64,000 nt of DNA from Lama guanicoe. Taxonomy: Eukaryota. The stretch's first letter is position 1. Every line of letters begins with the position of its first letter. The position numbers were made by a program, and so were the translations under genes. The notes beneath the pieces are model-generated. The model was given only the letters and a program-made list of their open reading frames with translations. It did not search any database and was not told the DNA's origin. The DNA lies in contig MU054187.1 of assembly GCA_013239625.1 (NCBI GenBank), positions 7,536,358 to 7,600,357 on the forward strand. The letters run 5' to 3'. Shown here piece by piece: positions 1-11,125 of this stretch.

Positions 1-654
1 ACCTTGATCTTTGATGCAGAAAAATATGTGTAAGGATACAAAAGAGACGATAACTGGGTCCAGGAAAGCACGTTTTCTAAATCATTTGTATTATCTTATC
101 AAGTATCTAGAAATGTACTCATGAAAGCCTCACCACCGTTAACTATGCATGGTTGGTGCTGGGAATACATCACCATGCCTACCTGTGAGTTACCAGTTAT
201 CAGTCCGGCAGGAAGCATTTATGTCCTTGCTGTGCCTCTGAACCCAGCATGGCTGTTGGAAATCTGGGTGCTGTCAGAAAGGACAGTGGAAACAAAAACA
301 GACTGTATTATCCTCCTCTTTTCAAAATCACTGTGCTTTTTGCTCTTGATTTCCTATTGCTTAGAGGTTTGAGTTTTAACTTCTCAGCTTGGCAATTCAA
401 GAAATTCCATGTTCTGACCCTAGCTTATACGTCCACCTTTATATAACAGTCCTGAGTAGGGACTCGGGTCCACTGGCAAGGATGCTGCTGTCCCTCTCAT
501 ATGTCAGGGTCACTTTAATCTTCACTTTGCTCAGACAGCATGATTTGTTCATTTCTCTGTCTATCCACATTCTCTCTCATTCCTCAAAACCAGAGTGAAG
601 TGTGGCTTTCTGATTTCTCCTAATGCCTTCAATATATACTATGATCGTGATCGT

Positions 655-885
655 AGTTCAGGAGAGTGGCTAAGGGTTCAGATGCTGAGGTCAGATTTAG
701 GTGGATACAAGGCTTCCTCATTTGCTCTTTGGGAGTTATTAACTTCTTTCTCTAAGCCCAGTTTCCTCACCTGCAACATGCAAATAGATCAAATTACCTT
801 ACAGAATTATTATGAGAGTCGATGAACTTTCACATGGAAAATGTTTCATTTTGAATAGCCACAATCTTAGATGCTTAATAAACGC
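655..885 (+). mobile_element. MIR SINE, degenerate
   Basis: MIR core-like 'ctctaagcccagtttcctcacctgcaacatg' and 3' end 'gatgcttaataaacg'; recognised by eye. Confidence 0.7.
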
Positions 886-1029
886 TTTGAACTCAATTTA
901 ATTGGAGTTAAAGGAAAAGAAGTAACAGCTTTGGCATAACAGTCCTTTAGTCAAGTCTGCATAAGGCTTTAATTCATTGTGGTAGAGAGCACAAGAGATT
1001 GCTGTGCGAGCGGTGGTGAAGGACTGAGA

Positions 1030-1640
1030 ATTTTGTGTTCAGTTTTAGAAATATAAAGTAGACAAAAGTTTAGGACATTCAAGAAGAAGCAGGTAGGATT
1101 CACAAGTCTGGTAATCACGGAGAGACCTGGGTTGGAGATATCAATTTCCAAGTTACCCCCGTCTGGGTGGTAACTGAAGCCATAGGTGTATATGGGATCA
1201 TGTGGAAAAGAGTCTAGAGTGTAAAATGGAGAGGATCCAAGAACAGAGATGAAAGATTAGAGGTTCGCTGACAGGCTGCATAGGAGACCAGCAGTTTGCA
1301 AAGGAAGCAGAAAAGTTGCAGGAAGACGAAGGTAAGACAGCAGGAGGGCCAGGTCCCCAGTTGGAGGAGTGCCAACCCAAGAAGGCTGGCATGTTTGGTG
1401 TTGCCAGACTCTTCTGTTTTCTCTGCAGATGGCCACCGTGGACCTTTGTGGGAGCCGCTGGAGTGTTATGTGGAGTGGATCAAAGAAAAGATGGGAAATA
1501 AATAGAGACATTGGGTAGAGAAAATCATTTTAAAAGTGACTGTTAGGGAAGAATAGAGACAGGGGCAGAATTCACAGTGGAATCTGGACCCTGCTGATTT
1601 TTGTTAAAGGGAGAGATTTAAGCTTCTTTAAGAGCCAGTG
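1030..1640 (-). mobile_element. L2 LINE fragment(s)
   Basis: Purine-rich antisense L2-like text such as 'ggagagacctgggttggagatatcaattt' and 'ggtaactgaagccatagg'. Confidence 0.55.
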
Positions 1641-1655
1641 GGAAGGATGTAGATC

Positions 1656-2075
1656 TGTAATGGGCTGAACTGGTCTTGCAAAATTCGTATGTTGAAGTCC
1701 CAGCCTCCAGTCTCTCAGAATGTAACCTCATTTGGAAACAGGTTCATTGACAATGTAATTACTTAAGATGAGGTCATACTGGAGTAAGATGGCCCTAATC
1801 CAGTGTAAATGATACCCTTACAAAAAGTGGAAGTTTGGACACAGAGATATCCACCTAAGGAGAAAGCCAGCTGAGGATGAAGACAGAAAATGGAGTGATG
1901 CTTCTGCAAGCCAAGGAAAGCCAAAGATTGCCAGTAAACCATCAGAAGGCAGGTGCGAGGCATGGGGCAGCAGCATCCAAAGCCCTTTAGGAGGACTCTG
2001 CGGACGCTTTCAGACTTCTAGCCTCCAGATCCGTGAGACAACAAACTTCTGTTATGTCACCCAGTCTGTTTATGA
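1656..2075 (+). mobile_element. ERVL-MaLR solo LTR (MLT1B/C-like)
   Basis: Starts 'tgtaatgggctgaac', contains 'gtatgttgaagtcc', 'ttaagatgaggtcatactggag', 'caagccaaggaa' and 'cagacttctagcctccaga', all MLT1 hallmarks. Confidence 0.85.
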
Positions 2076-3379
2076 ATTAATAATCTTATAAAAACTCATC
2101 ATGGAAACTCAGTATTTAAAGACCTCCCATAATGGGTAGTTTTGTAAAGTCATTAGACATCCTTGAATTTATTTGCTAGGTCAGTCTGCTCTTTTCATAT
2201 TTTAGCTTACACTAAATCACATCCTCATGTATATTTATACAGACGTGAGCACTCACGTGGGCTCATTTGATGAAATTTAGTGGGAAACGTGCTCAAAGAA
2301 TAAATTGCAGTTACTACAGATAGTATGAAACTGGGGAACGAGCTGAATATTTTTTTTTTAATCTTAGAGTTAAAAATGTAGGGGCTTGCTCCCTTTCTGG
2401 AAGACAAAAAATTTGAAAAATTTGATGTACATAAGAGGTTAAATATTTCAAAAATTCTAACTACCCTAATCTTTATATCTAAGTTGACTTTTTCATAAAT
2501 GACCAGGAAGTTAGACTAGCTTCACAGGGGCCAGAATCTAAGATGTGCAGCCTTACACAAGTCCAGCTGAAAGTTCCTCCCAGAGAGGCAGCTGGGGAGG
2601 CGTGCGTCCTGGGGACACCCTGTAACGTGCAGCAGTGGATCCACAGGGTTCAGTCTTCTCCATTCAGGGTATTGACGCCTCTGGTCTAGGTCTTTCTGTT
2701 CTCAGGGTCCTCAGTGCTCAGCCACACAAGGAGGATAATTTTTTTAATATCCCTTCTGTTGATCTCATGCTCCGTACAAATCTCTCCCTGCCCTTGTTTC
2801 AGGATGCAAGGACCACAAAGCCTTGTAAGTCTTTTCTCTGCATAACCTGCCATCCAAAGACGTGTTTGATGCTCGCACAATTCCCCGCTGTTGACAACAT
2901 CAGAGGTGTCCTCCATATAATTTTCCCCTCTTAACTTCAATGGTCCCTTTTCTACTTTTCATCTGACTTAGCTAATAAATCAAGGAGAGAGAGAGAGAGA
3001 GAGAAAACCTCCTTTATTGTAGATTCTTTTATTTTTGTTTTTCAGGGGTTATTTACTAAAATATGGTCTTCGATGCATTCTTACTTTTATGTTTTCACCT
3101 TTTTCTACAACTGAAATTTGTGAATTTCCTCCACTTACGTCTCTTTTGAAAACTGTCCTACGGTTCTATGGGAAACATTACTTAAAAAGGACTTCAACTC
3201 TCTGACAGATACCTTCTGTCTAGTCACCTTGATTTACAAACTTTTGAGAGAATTTACCTGTTTCTCAAAAACTAGGTATTAAAAAAACACAGTAGGACCC
3301 TTGAGAAGCTTTATTTTTTCATGGATCTGAGTCTGCAGAGATTTGACCATGTCCTCAAGTCATGGGACTTTTAAGTAAG

Positions 3380-3725
3380 TCAGGAAGGATGCATTTAGTG
3401 TCAGCAAGAGAAAACCCTTACTCAAACTGGCTTAACGAAGAGGAACTTTGTTATCGCCCGGAACAGGAAGGGCAGGATGCAGGAAGTAGGAGGCGCTCCT
3501 GCTCCATGTGTGCGCATTCTGTGGGTTCTGCCTTCCTCTGGGCATCAGCTTTGTCCTTAGCCTTTCTGAGCAAGATGGTTGCAGCAGCTCTAGGTATGAG
3601 ACATCTTCCCGAAAGCCCTCTGTTTTTGTCACTGAAATTGACTAGGGCTGGGTCACGTGCCCACCCTGGAACTGATCAATGGCAAGAGGTCTTTGAATGC
3701 CAAGACCCAGTTAGACTCATCATTT
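3380..3725 (-). mobile_element. Ancient ERVL/MaLR-type LTR fragment
   Basis: 'gaaaacccttactcaaactggcttaa', 'caagatggttgcagcagctc' and 'gggtcacgtgcccaccctggaac' resemble old MLT1-type LTRs; subfamily uncertain. Confidence 0.55.
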
Positions 3726-4249
3726 GAGGGGCCTTGACTTTGCCTTCAGCCTCCTTGTTTCACTTACCCTTGGTCAGGCTGATCCTTTGTTTGGGGGGGG
3801 CACCTTAATTACTAAGACATGCTGACGTTTCGGCTAACATGGGATGCTGAGATGGCTGTTCCCTTCATGCTCTAACATCAGGTTCATTAAGGATTCAGGT
3901 GCATTGGTGGACAGCCTACACTGGTACCAAGCAAAATTCAGGTCAGGACAAGGGCAAGTGAAGCTTTGTTGGGCTACTGTCAACCCTAGAATTGCTCTCC
4001 CAGGCACATTTAGTAGTGGTTACCCACTGTCCAGAGAAGAAAGTGATCCAGGAATGGTAGCAACACTCTCTTGCTTTTAACTCAGTATGAGTCAGAGTGT
4101 CTCATAATGCACCTTCTGAGTTACTGATAAAACCTCTCCTAGGACGTAAGTCCTGTAAGGTAATTATTTGTAAGAGAGTCTCCCTGTATAAGACCAAAAA
4201 CTTTGAACAGAGTTTTTTTCTCATGAAACCAGTTCCTCCTTTCTCTCGC

Positions 4250-5135
4250 ATCCTTGTTCACTTATTGGCCTGAGCCACAAGCATGGGCATCACCCTGCTT
4301 GGGTGATGGGCATCATTCTTCCCTCTTCCTCACTCTGCCCTTTTAATTCATCAGTGAGATCACAACTCTCCTTCCAAAAGAACCAGAATCCCTCCACTTC
4401 TCCCCAGCTGCAATCTCCCTTTTTAGGATTCGCTCTAGAGTGGGCTATTCGATGGGCTTCCGAATGACCTCACTTCTTTCCCCTGTTTCATCTATATTTT
4501 TGCTCAACCCTCCAATCCATTCTCAGAGAAGTGTCTAGCAGAAACTTACACAATGTAAATTGCACGTCACTTCTTCTAATTTCTCAGTGAGCTCCTGTTG
4601 CAGTGAGAGTAACAGACGCACCTTCGGCCACGGCTCGTAAAGTCTTGCCTGCTGATGTCCTTGCTTGTCTCTGTAGTCTCGTCAGGCACCATCCTGCCTT
4701 CACTCTGGCCACACGGGGCTGCTTCCGCTACTTGAGCAAAGTTAAACTGTTTTCCTCCTGGGGCCTTCACTCGTGTTGTGCCCTCGGCTTCTGCCATCCC
4801 TCCCTCTGTTCTTTGTACGGCAGTTTCCTGGGCTGGTCTCACTCTGGGTTGGACTTCTTCCTGGTGGATTTCTCTGCCCACTCTATTTACATGGACCTCC
4901 TTCCTTGGAGGAGTGGGAAGTTTGTAAAATTTCAACCTGTGCTTTGCCCGCATAAGCCTTTTCTCAGTTTGTAATTTTGTGCTTCTTTCTTTCTTTCCCT
5001 ATTTATTATCTGTATCCCTCCCTAGACCTGACACTCCATGAGGATAGGGTCCACGTTGTTTCATTCACCGCTAGACGTTATTCCCAAGAGGGCCTGGCTC
5101 GCAGTGGGTCCTTTATGGATGGGAGTGAAATAAAC
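4250..5135 (+). mobile_element. L2 LINE 3' region
   Basis: Pyrimidine-rich L2 body ending in the L2 3' terminus ('ctagacctgacactccatgaggatagggtc...ggcctggctcgcagtggg...atggatgg'). Confidence 0.75.
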
Positions 5136-5674
5136 ACGTGAAAAGGGGTACAATGTGATTCTCTTGAGTACAGGTAATGTCTCTGTATTACTAGCTGAGG
5201 ATCCATCACATAATATATTCTTAATGCATGTTCATTGTTGGACAAATGGGCATCTTTTATTAAACCAGTAAAGATTAGCATTTGGTTGCAGAATCAGGAA
5301 ATACAAGGATGGGCTTCTCATTATTTGGAGAAATTCAACAGCATCGTTAGAAAACATTTAGCAGATTTTGTGATATTTTCAGGTAAGTTTAGTACTGATT
5401 TTGCACAATAGGATATCACTATTTCCTTAATGAGAAAAAAATAACACTTGAAGAGTCAGGTAGTCAGAGGAAAATAATTACAAACAAGGACAGTGGGAGA
5501 GTCACCTCCTTCAAATTCAACTTGATCCTGTGGGACATCCCCATAGACTCATGGAAGGTTGAAAATAGCTATGGATAAACCTCTCTGGTGATACGTAATC
5601 AAAGATAGGCCTTGTCTTTATTAGGGGTCTACTTGGGACCACCCCGTGGCTAGCTGAAACTTTTTAACCAGACT

Positions 5675-5862
5675 GACAAATGCTGGCACTTCTATAGCAT
5701 TTACTATATGCCCAGCACTGGGCCTTAACTCATTTAAGACTTCCACAACCCTATCAGATAAGTTCTATTATTATGCCTATTTTATTGAAGCACAGAGACA
5801 TTAGGTGACTTTTCAAAGATCACACAGCTAGCAAGAGGCAGAGCTAGATTTCATAGACAGGT
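5675..5862 (-). mobile_element. MIR SINE
   Basis: 'agcatttactatatgcccagcactg...aagatcacacagctagcaagaggcagagctagattt' matches antisense MIR. Confidence 0.75.
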
Positions 5863-6599
5863 GTAAAATTTTCATAGAGCAAAAGACTCCCTTAGAATCA
5901 CCACAACCAAGAGACTGAAGATGAGTTCGTTATAAATGTTAGTGACCACTGCCCCTCATACTGGTCATGGTTTATTGGGTCTCACAGAAAGTGGACTTTC
6001 AACAGTTTAAAAAGTAGTTTTAGGTATGTGCGATATAAGGCCTAAACCCATGAAGGTTAAAATACAAAATGAAATGATGATGCGAATTATAAAAATCCAT
6101 CGTGTAGTTCCTTGGAATAGGATCTCGGTAGTACTACTTGATAGCTGGTCGCTAAGTGATTAGCAAAATGGGGAGAAGTGAAGAGACAGGCGTGTTAGGA
6201 GAGCTGGCTCAGACTGAGGGCAGCTGGGTCTCCTCTGCCCTGCTTGGCTCTGTGACGTTTACTTCTCTGGGTCTCAGAGTCTTCAGCAAATTAAGGGCAC
6301 TGGGTTAGGTGACATCCAAGTCCTGACAACTCATGCCTCAAATAATTGTATACAAAGGTACCAACATGTTAGGAGAAAAAGAGAAGTTGGGTTAACTATC
6401 CTTTTATTTTAGATCTAGGTTTTCAGGAAGCCACCTGAGTTCTGTCTGTTCTGAGTTCACAACGCTTCTTGCCTACACGATTGCCTCTCGTCTTAACCTC
6501 TTTGTAATCCACTGTTTACACTCGGTCTTTGGAAATAAAATGCTTGGCTTTATCACTCCCCGACGTGAGCTCCTTCAGTAGCTGCCCTCTCACCGATAC

Positions 6600-7070
6600 A
6601 AGATGTCCACAGCAGACTTGTTTCTGTGCTCTACCTTGAACTCCGTGCTCTTTTGCACCAACGGCATGCAGTTCTCTGACTGGTGCAGGCGGCTTCAGTC
6701 TCCGTGCTCTTGCTGTGGTTGTTCTGTCTGGAATGCTGCCACTCTCTGGCCCTCACTGGAGGATGGACCTTGGAAGACTTAGGAAACGTCAGCTCTGCTG
6801 AGAGCCTTTCTCGCCTGGACCTTCACGTAGCAGGTCCCCTCTTGACCCTGCCCCAGACAGAACTGACTATCCCTTCCTTGGCGTCTCTGCTGCCCCCAGA
6901 CCCACATCCTCTGCCTGAGACACTTTAACACTTACTGTCTGTACACGCCTCCTAACATTCTTGACAGTGAGGAGAGGAGTATGTTACATCCATCTCTGCA
7001 CCTCTTGCGTTTAGCACGGTGCCTGACATACAGGCGCAACTCAGTAAATACGTACAGATGGAATGAATGA
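6600..7070 (+). mobile_element. L2 LINE 3' region
   Basis: Ends 'ttagcacggtgcctgacatacaggcgcaactcagtaaatacg...gaatgaatga', the L2 3' tail. Confidence 0.7.
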
Positions 7071-7779
7071 GAAGCATCAACTGTCTGCAAAGTACAACTT
7101 GCTTTTAAATTTCTAAAGCTTTTGGCCGAATGCTTTTAGCGGTGGGGATGGATGAGGAAAAAACGTGTGTAGAGCGGAGAGGGTTTGTAGGAAGGCCTTC
7201 CAGTCCATCATCCATATTGTTTTCAGCTGCTTCTGATAACTGTTCTCTTTTCTGGCTCTTGTGAATTAATGTTTTAGAATTTTCTGTTGTCTAGGATCTG
7301 GTATTGATACTCCAATGTATCTTTTGAAATACTCTCATTTTATTTGGACGAAAAACCAGAAGAGCTGGTTAAAAATGCATATGCCGCACTGGGAATTAAT
7401 TTGAGAGAACAGAGACTCAGAATTCAATCATTATTTTAGGCTGCCTTTTGAAATTCGAGAGGCCCAGACACGTATATGACTTTGCAGTTTTGCAGTCAAT
7501 GGACCAAAGTGCAGGTTCCAGTGCGTGGCAGGTTTTATACACATGCTCACACTTCTGATTAATCTGTCCATCCCTCAGCTGACACTCATCGAGCACCCTC
7601 TGCAGCACCTACGCTACCTGCTCTGGGTTTCACAGAGGTGGCTTGGAGGACAGTGCTTTGATTATTCTGGACCAAGTCCTTGATGCTTGGAGCACTTTTT
7701 ACAGGCAGTTGTGAGCTCACCATTGCCTTATTGGAACTGTCCAGGAACCAGTCTCCTGCAGGTGTCTTGCCTTTTTAAA

Positions 7780-8155
7780 ATCTCATTTACACAAGCTCTC
7801 TGCAAGTTCCCCAAATACACCGTCCACGCTCCCGCCTTTGGGCTTCCCCTGGCTCTTTTCCCTCCTGGAATCCTTCTTATCAGAGAACTCCACGCATCTT
7901 TCAGGACTTAAGTGTCAGTTTCTCAAGGAAGCTTTCCCTGATCCTGGGACCAGGGCAGCCGTCCAGACTGCAGCCTGTTCATAGGCTTCATCGGAATCAC
8001 AGTTAGTTAAGAATGCATGTAGTCATTTAAGATCTGGTCTTCCTGCTGGAATATAATGTATGTAGAGAACAATCTGTGTGTCCCTTTTCCCTCACATTCT
8101 CCAGGGTCCAACACGGTGCCGGACGCCTTTGATCAATGTGGGCTGAGTGAGTAAG
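7780..8155 (+). mobile_element. L2 LINE 3' region
   Basis: 'ttctcaaggaagctttccctgatcc' and terminal 'acacggtgccggac...tgagtgagt'. Confidence 0.6.
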
Positions 8156-10004
8156 TGACACCATAACGGCAGCCTTGCTACGATGGACTCCTTCCTCTTT
8201 GCCACCTCACAGCTCCTGCCCTGCCTTCCTTCTTCACACAGAAAGGCTTGGTGGCATGGTGCTACTCTGAGTGACTCTCAGGGAGCAGTTCCTTTCCTTA
8301 AGGAGCTTCGTTACCCATTTGAGCTTAGTGCCTGTGGCCCCGTGGCTGCCAGGTGACACTCCGGACCCTCTGTCCACGCTGCATGGAAGGGAGGGCGGGG
8401 AGGGAGCAACTGATCGTCTTTCCCCATCGAACACAGAGGAATAGGAAAAGGTCAGCTTTTGGTATGATGATAGCAACCTCTTTCCCTTGTGGTACATAGA
8501 ATCTAGTTGCTCATTTATGGTTTAAACAGGACTTTAAAAATTGCCGGTTTAGCAAAGGCAGAGAGAATCAGAGGCAGAGACCAGAACATGTAACAATTCA
8601 TTTTACACAAATGTCCTACAAACCGATCTCACAGTTGGAACTGAAGAGGCCCCAGATAACAGCCATGTTCTGGCTCTGAAACGGCTCTGGCACCAAAGTG
8701 GTCCCACACAGCGTGAAGGAAGAGAATAGGGGATCCATCACGATGTCCTGTTCTGCCATTTTCTCAAATGACAAAGCGGGAAGCAGTCCAGAGTCGAGGG
8801 ATGGGGTCCTTGCTCTGCTTGTATCCACCTGTACAGCTGTGAGGGTGGGAGACACGGTGCCCTCCATGAGCCTCTTTTCTGAGCCCCCTTCTCTGATTGT
8901 CCCAGCATCCCTTCCTCCTGGCCGGAGAGATGGACTGCCTGTCGGAGCTCTTCCTGGAAGCCCGCTCGTTTCTCCCTTAGAGGTGGCACTAATTGTTGGG
9001 CTGCTCTAGAATCTCTTCTTTTTAGAAGGGGTTTGACAACTCCCACCAAATACACTAGCAGAGCCTCTATGGAGACGTATAAGCACAATGTGACATTCAG
9101 CTGAAACCTTGTCTGCTTAACGTAACTTTTGGAAATCTTACTATAATAAATATCCAGAGACGTTGTTTCGTATGACTAACGAAATTCAGAATTGCACCCA
9201 TTCTTGTAAGCCATTCTCTTGCATTCTCTGAAGAGTCCAGTGGTCTAAATTCCTTAGGAAGAGTTTTCCACACTTTTGCAAACAACCTTTTGGTTTATCT
9301 ATGCCAACAGCATCGGAGTCACGGAGGGAAACTGAAAACTCTTGGGCATCGTCCAGACCTATTGAACTATAAACTCCAGGAGAGGACTTTGCAATCTGCA
9401 TTGAACAGATTACACAGTTAAGCTTGTATAAAGTTTATCTTTGTGTTGACTGAAAATAAAAAATGGGCTTCCTCGTCAAATTAGGAGTTCAAAAAAGATT
9501 ACGAGGCCATGGTTTAAACTTCCCAGGGCAAAGCTGAATAACACAGTTTAAAGCAGCATTATTTACTTATTACTAATAAATGACTACCCATAAGTGATTT
9601 TATTAAATGGGTTAACATGTGTCAAATACTTAGAATAGTGCCTGACATATAAGAAATGTTGTATAAATGTTTGCTAGTATTCAAATTATTTGGTCACACA
9701 GGATATTGTTCAATCATATCATTATTAATATTAACACACAAATATCATATAATTGATATTAATATATTATCTATAACATATACTATCTATCAAATATGTA
9801 ATATATTAATATTAATGTATTAACTATTAACTGTAGTCCTCTCTTCTTGAGAGTATTTAAAGGGTCTTAACACAGACACAAACTGGGCAATAGCTAATAA
9901 AATGGAGAGGCTGTGAAAAAAGCATCACATTAAAAATGGAAGTTTCAGTGCATGCTATAGAATACCCATAACTGACTCTTTTCTTGAACTGTTTGATACT
10001 GTAA

Positions 10005-10006
10005 TT

Positions 10007-10037
<31 letters not shown>

Positions 10038-10048
10038 TTCATTTATTT
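10005..10048 (-). repeat. (TTTA)n microsatellite, an A-rich tail on the minus strand
   Basis: Directly visible tttatttattta run. Confidence 0.95.
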
Positions 10049-10056
10049 GACATAAA

Positions 10057-10133
10057 GTCATCCTTGCACAGGGGCTGTGCTGATCTTTTCTGTATTGTTC
10101 CAATTTTAGTATATGTGTTGCCGGAGCGAGCAC
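10057..10133 (-). pseudogene. RNU6: U6 snRNA retropseudogene, 5' intact, 3' truncated at about nt 77
   Basis: Reverse complement GTGCTCGCTCCGGCAACACATATACTAAAATTGGAACAATACAGAAAAGATCAGCACAGCCCCTGTGCAAGGATGAC differs from U6 nt 1-77 at 8 positions; the ACAGAGA box is mutated to ACAGAAA; the upstream flank is an L1 tail rather than a U6 promoter. Confidence 0.95.
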
Positions 10134-10292
10134 TTTTTTTTTTTAAATTGAAGTAGAGTCAGTTTACAACATTGTGTCAATTTCTGGTGTACAGCATAAT
10201 GCTTCAGTCATCCATGTACACACATATTACTTTTCATCTTCTTTTCCATCTTCGTTTTCATCATAGGTTACTGCAAGATAGTGAATATAGCT
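10134..10292 (-). mobile_element. Young L1 3' end (camelid-type), 5' truncated
   Basis: 'ttttaaattgaagtagagtcagtttacaacattgtgtcaatttctggtgtacagcataat'; near-identical copies at 20915, 50387 and 62912. Confidence 0.9.
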
Positions 10293-10914
10293 GCCTGCCT
10301 CTCCTAGTTACAATTTTCCATCTTATTTCTATTTCTGTGTGTGCCTAAGGTGAACAAGACTGGCTAGTTGTTTGCTCGATCTTTCCCTTTTCTCTCTGGA
10401 TACCTGTCTGCCTGACACGGAAAACCCTTCCCTGCCATCCTCTAGTCTTTCTTTGCAAGGCCCCAGGCTGGAGGCTGGTACCTAAGGGGACTTTGCAAGA
10501 TGTCAGGGCTGCTGGCAGTTTGAGTCCCTAAATGCATGAAGATGACCTCCTTCTCTCCCATCCCTGGTCCACGGCCTGTGGGCTTTGACCAGAAGAAGAC
10601 AGAGACTTCTGTTGTAGTAAGCCAAAGAGAAGTCGAGTTCCTCTAAGTAAAATATGATGTAACTGAATTGTGCCCACGTTTAATTCTGTAGCACATATTT
10701 AAACATGAGGTTTAGTATGCCAGTGGTCTGCTTCAAAGTTGCACCCATGCACATGTACATTTCTGCGGTAAGGGTCAAAGATGACTACGCAAAAATATAA
10801 GTAAGTGCAAAATTCCATGCCTTTCCAAGGCGTCATGAACATCCCAATTGCATCCTTGAGAAAGGAAAACAGCTACCTCTTTTCTGACAAAATAAAGGGA
10901 TATGTTACACCCGG

Positions 10915-11125
10915 AGTGATGGTTCCATGAGCGGATTCCGTAGATTCGAACAGAGATGTGTTCAGATTCCATCACTCACTAGCTGCGTAGCCTTGGGGAA
11001 GCCACTGAGAATTTCTAAGGCTCAGTTACTTCATTAGCAACTGGGGTAGAGTTGTGAGGATAAATGAGATAATGTGCCAGGAAGGGCTTATTACAATGCC
11101 TAGAACCTGGTCAATGCTACCTGTT
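10915..11125 (+). mobile_element. MIR SINE
   Basis: 'atcactcactagctgcgtagccttggggaagccactga...ctcagtt...gttgtgaggataaatgagataatg'. Confidence 0.8.

Noticed and set aside
4576..4974. ORFs of 123-125 aa on both strands
   Set aside because: They lie within a decayed L2 element and have no recognisable domain.
8600..9401. Cluster of overlapping ORFs on both strands, including a + strand start MSYKPI reminiscent of CDK2AP2
   Set aside because: The similarity stops after six residues and the frame closes after 22 codons; the other frames match no protein I recognise, and there is no poly(A)/TSD or convincing splice pair.
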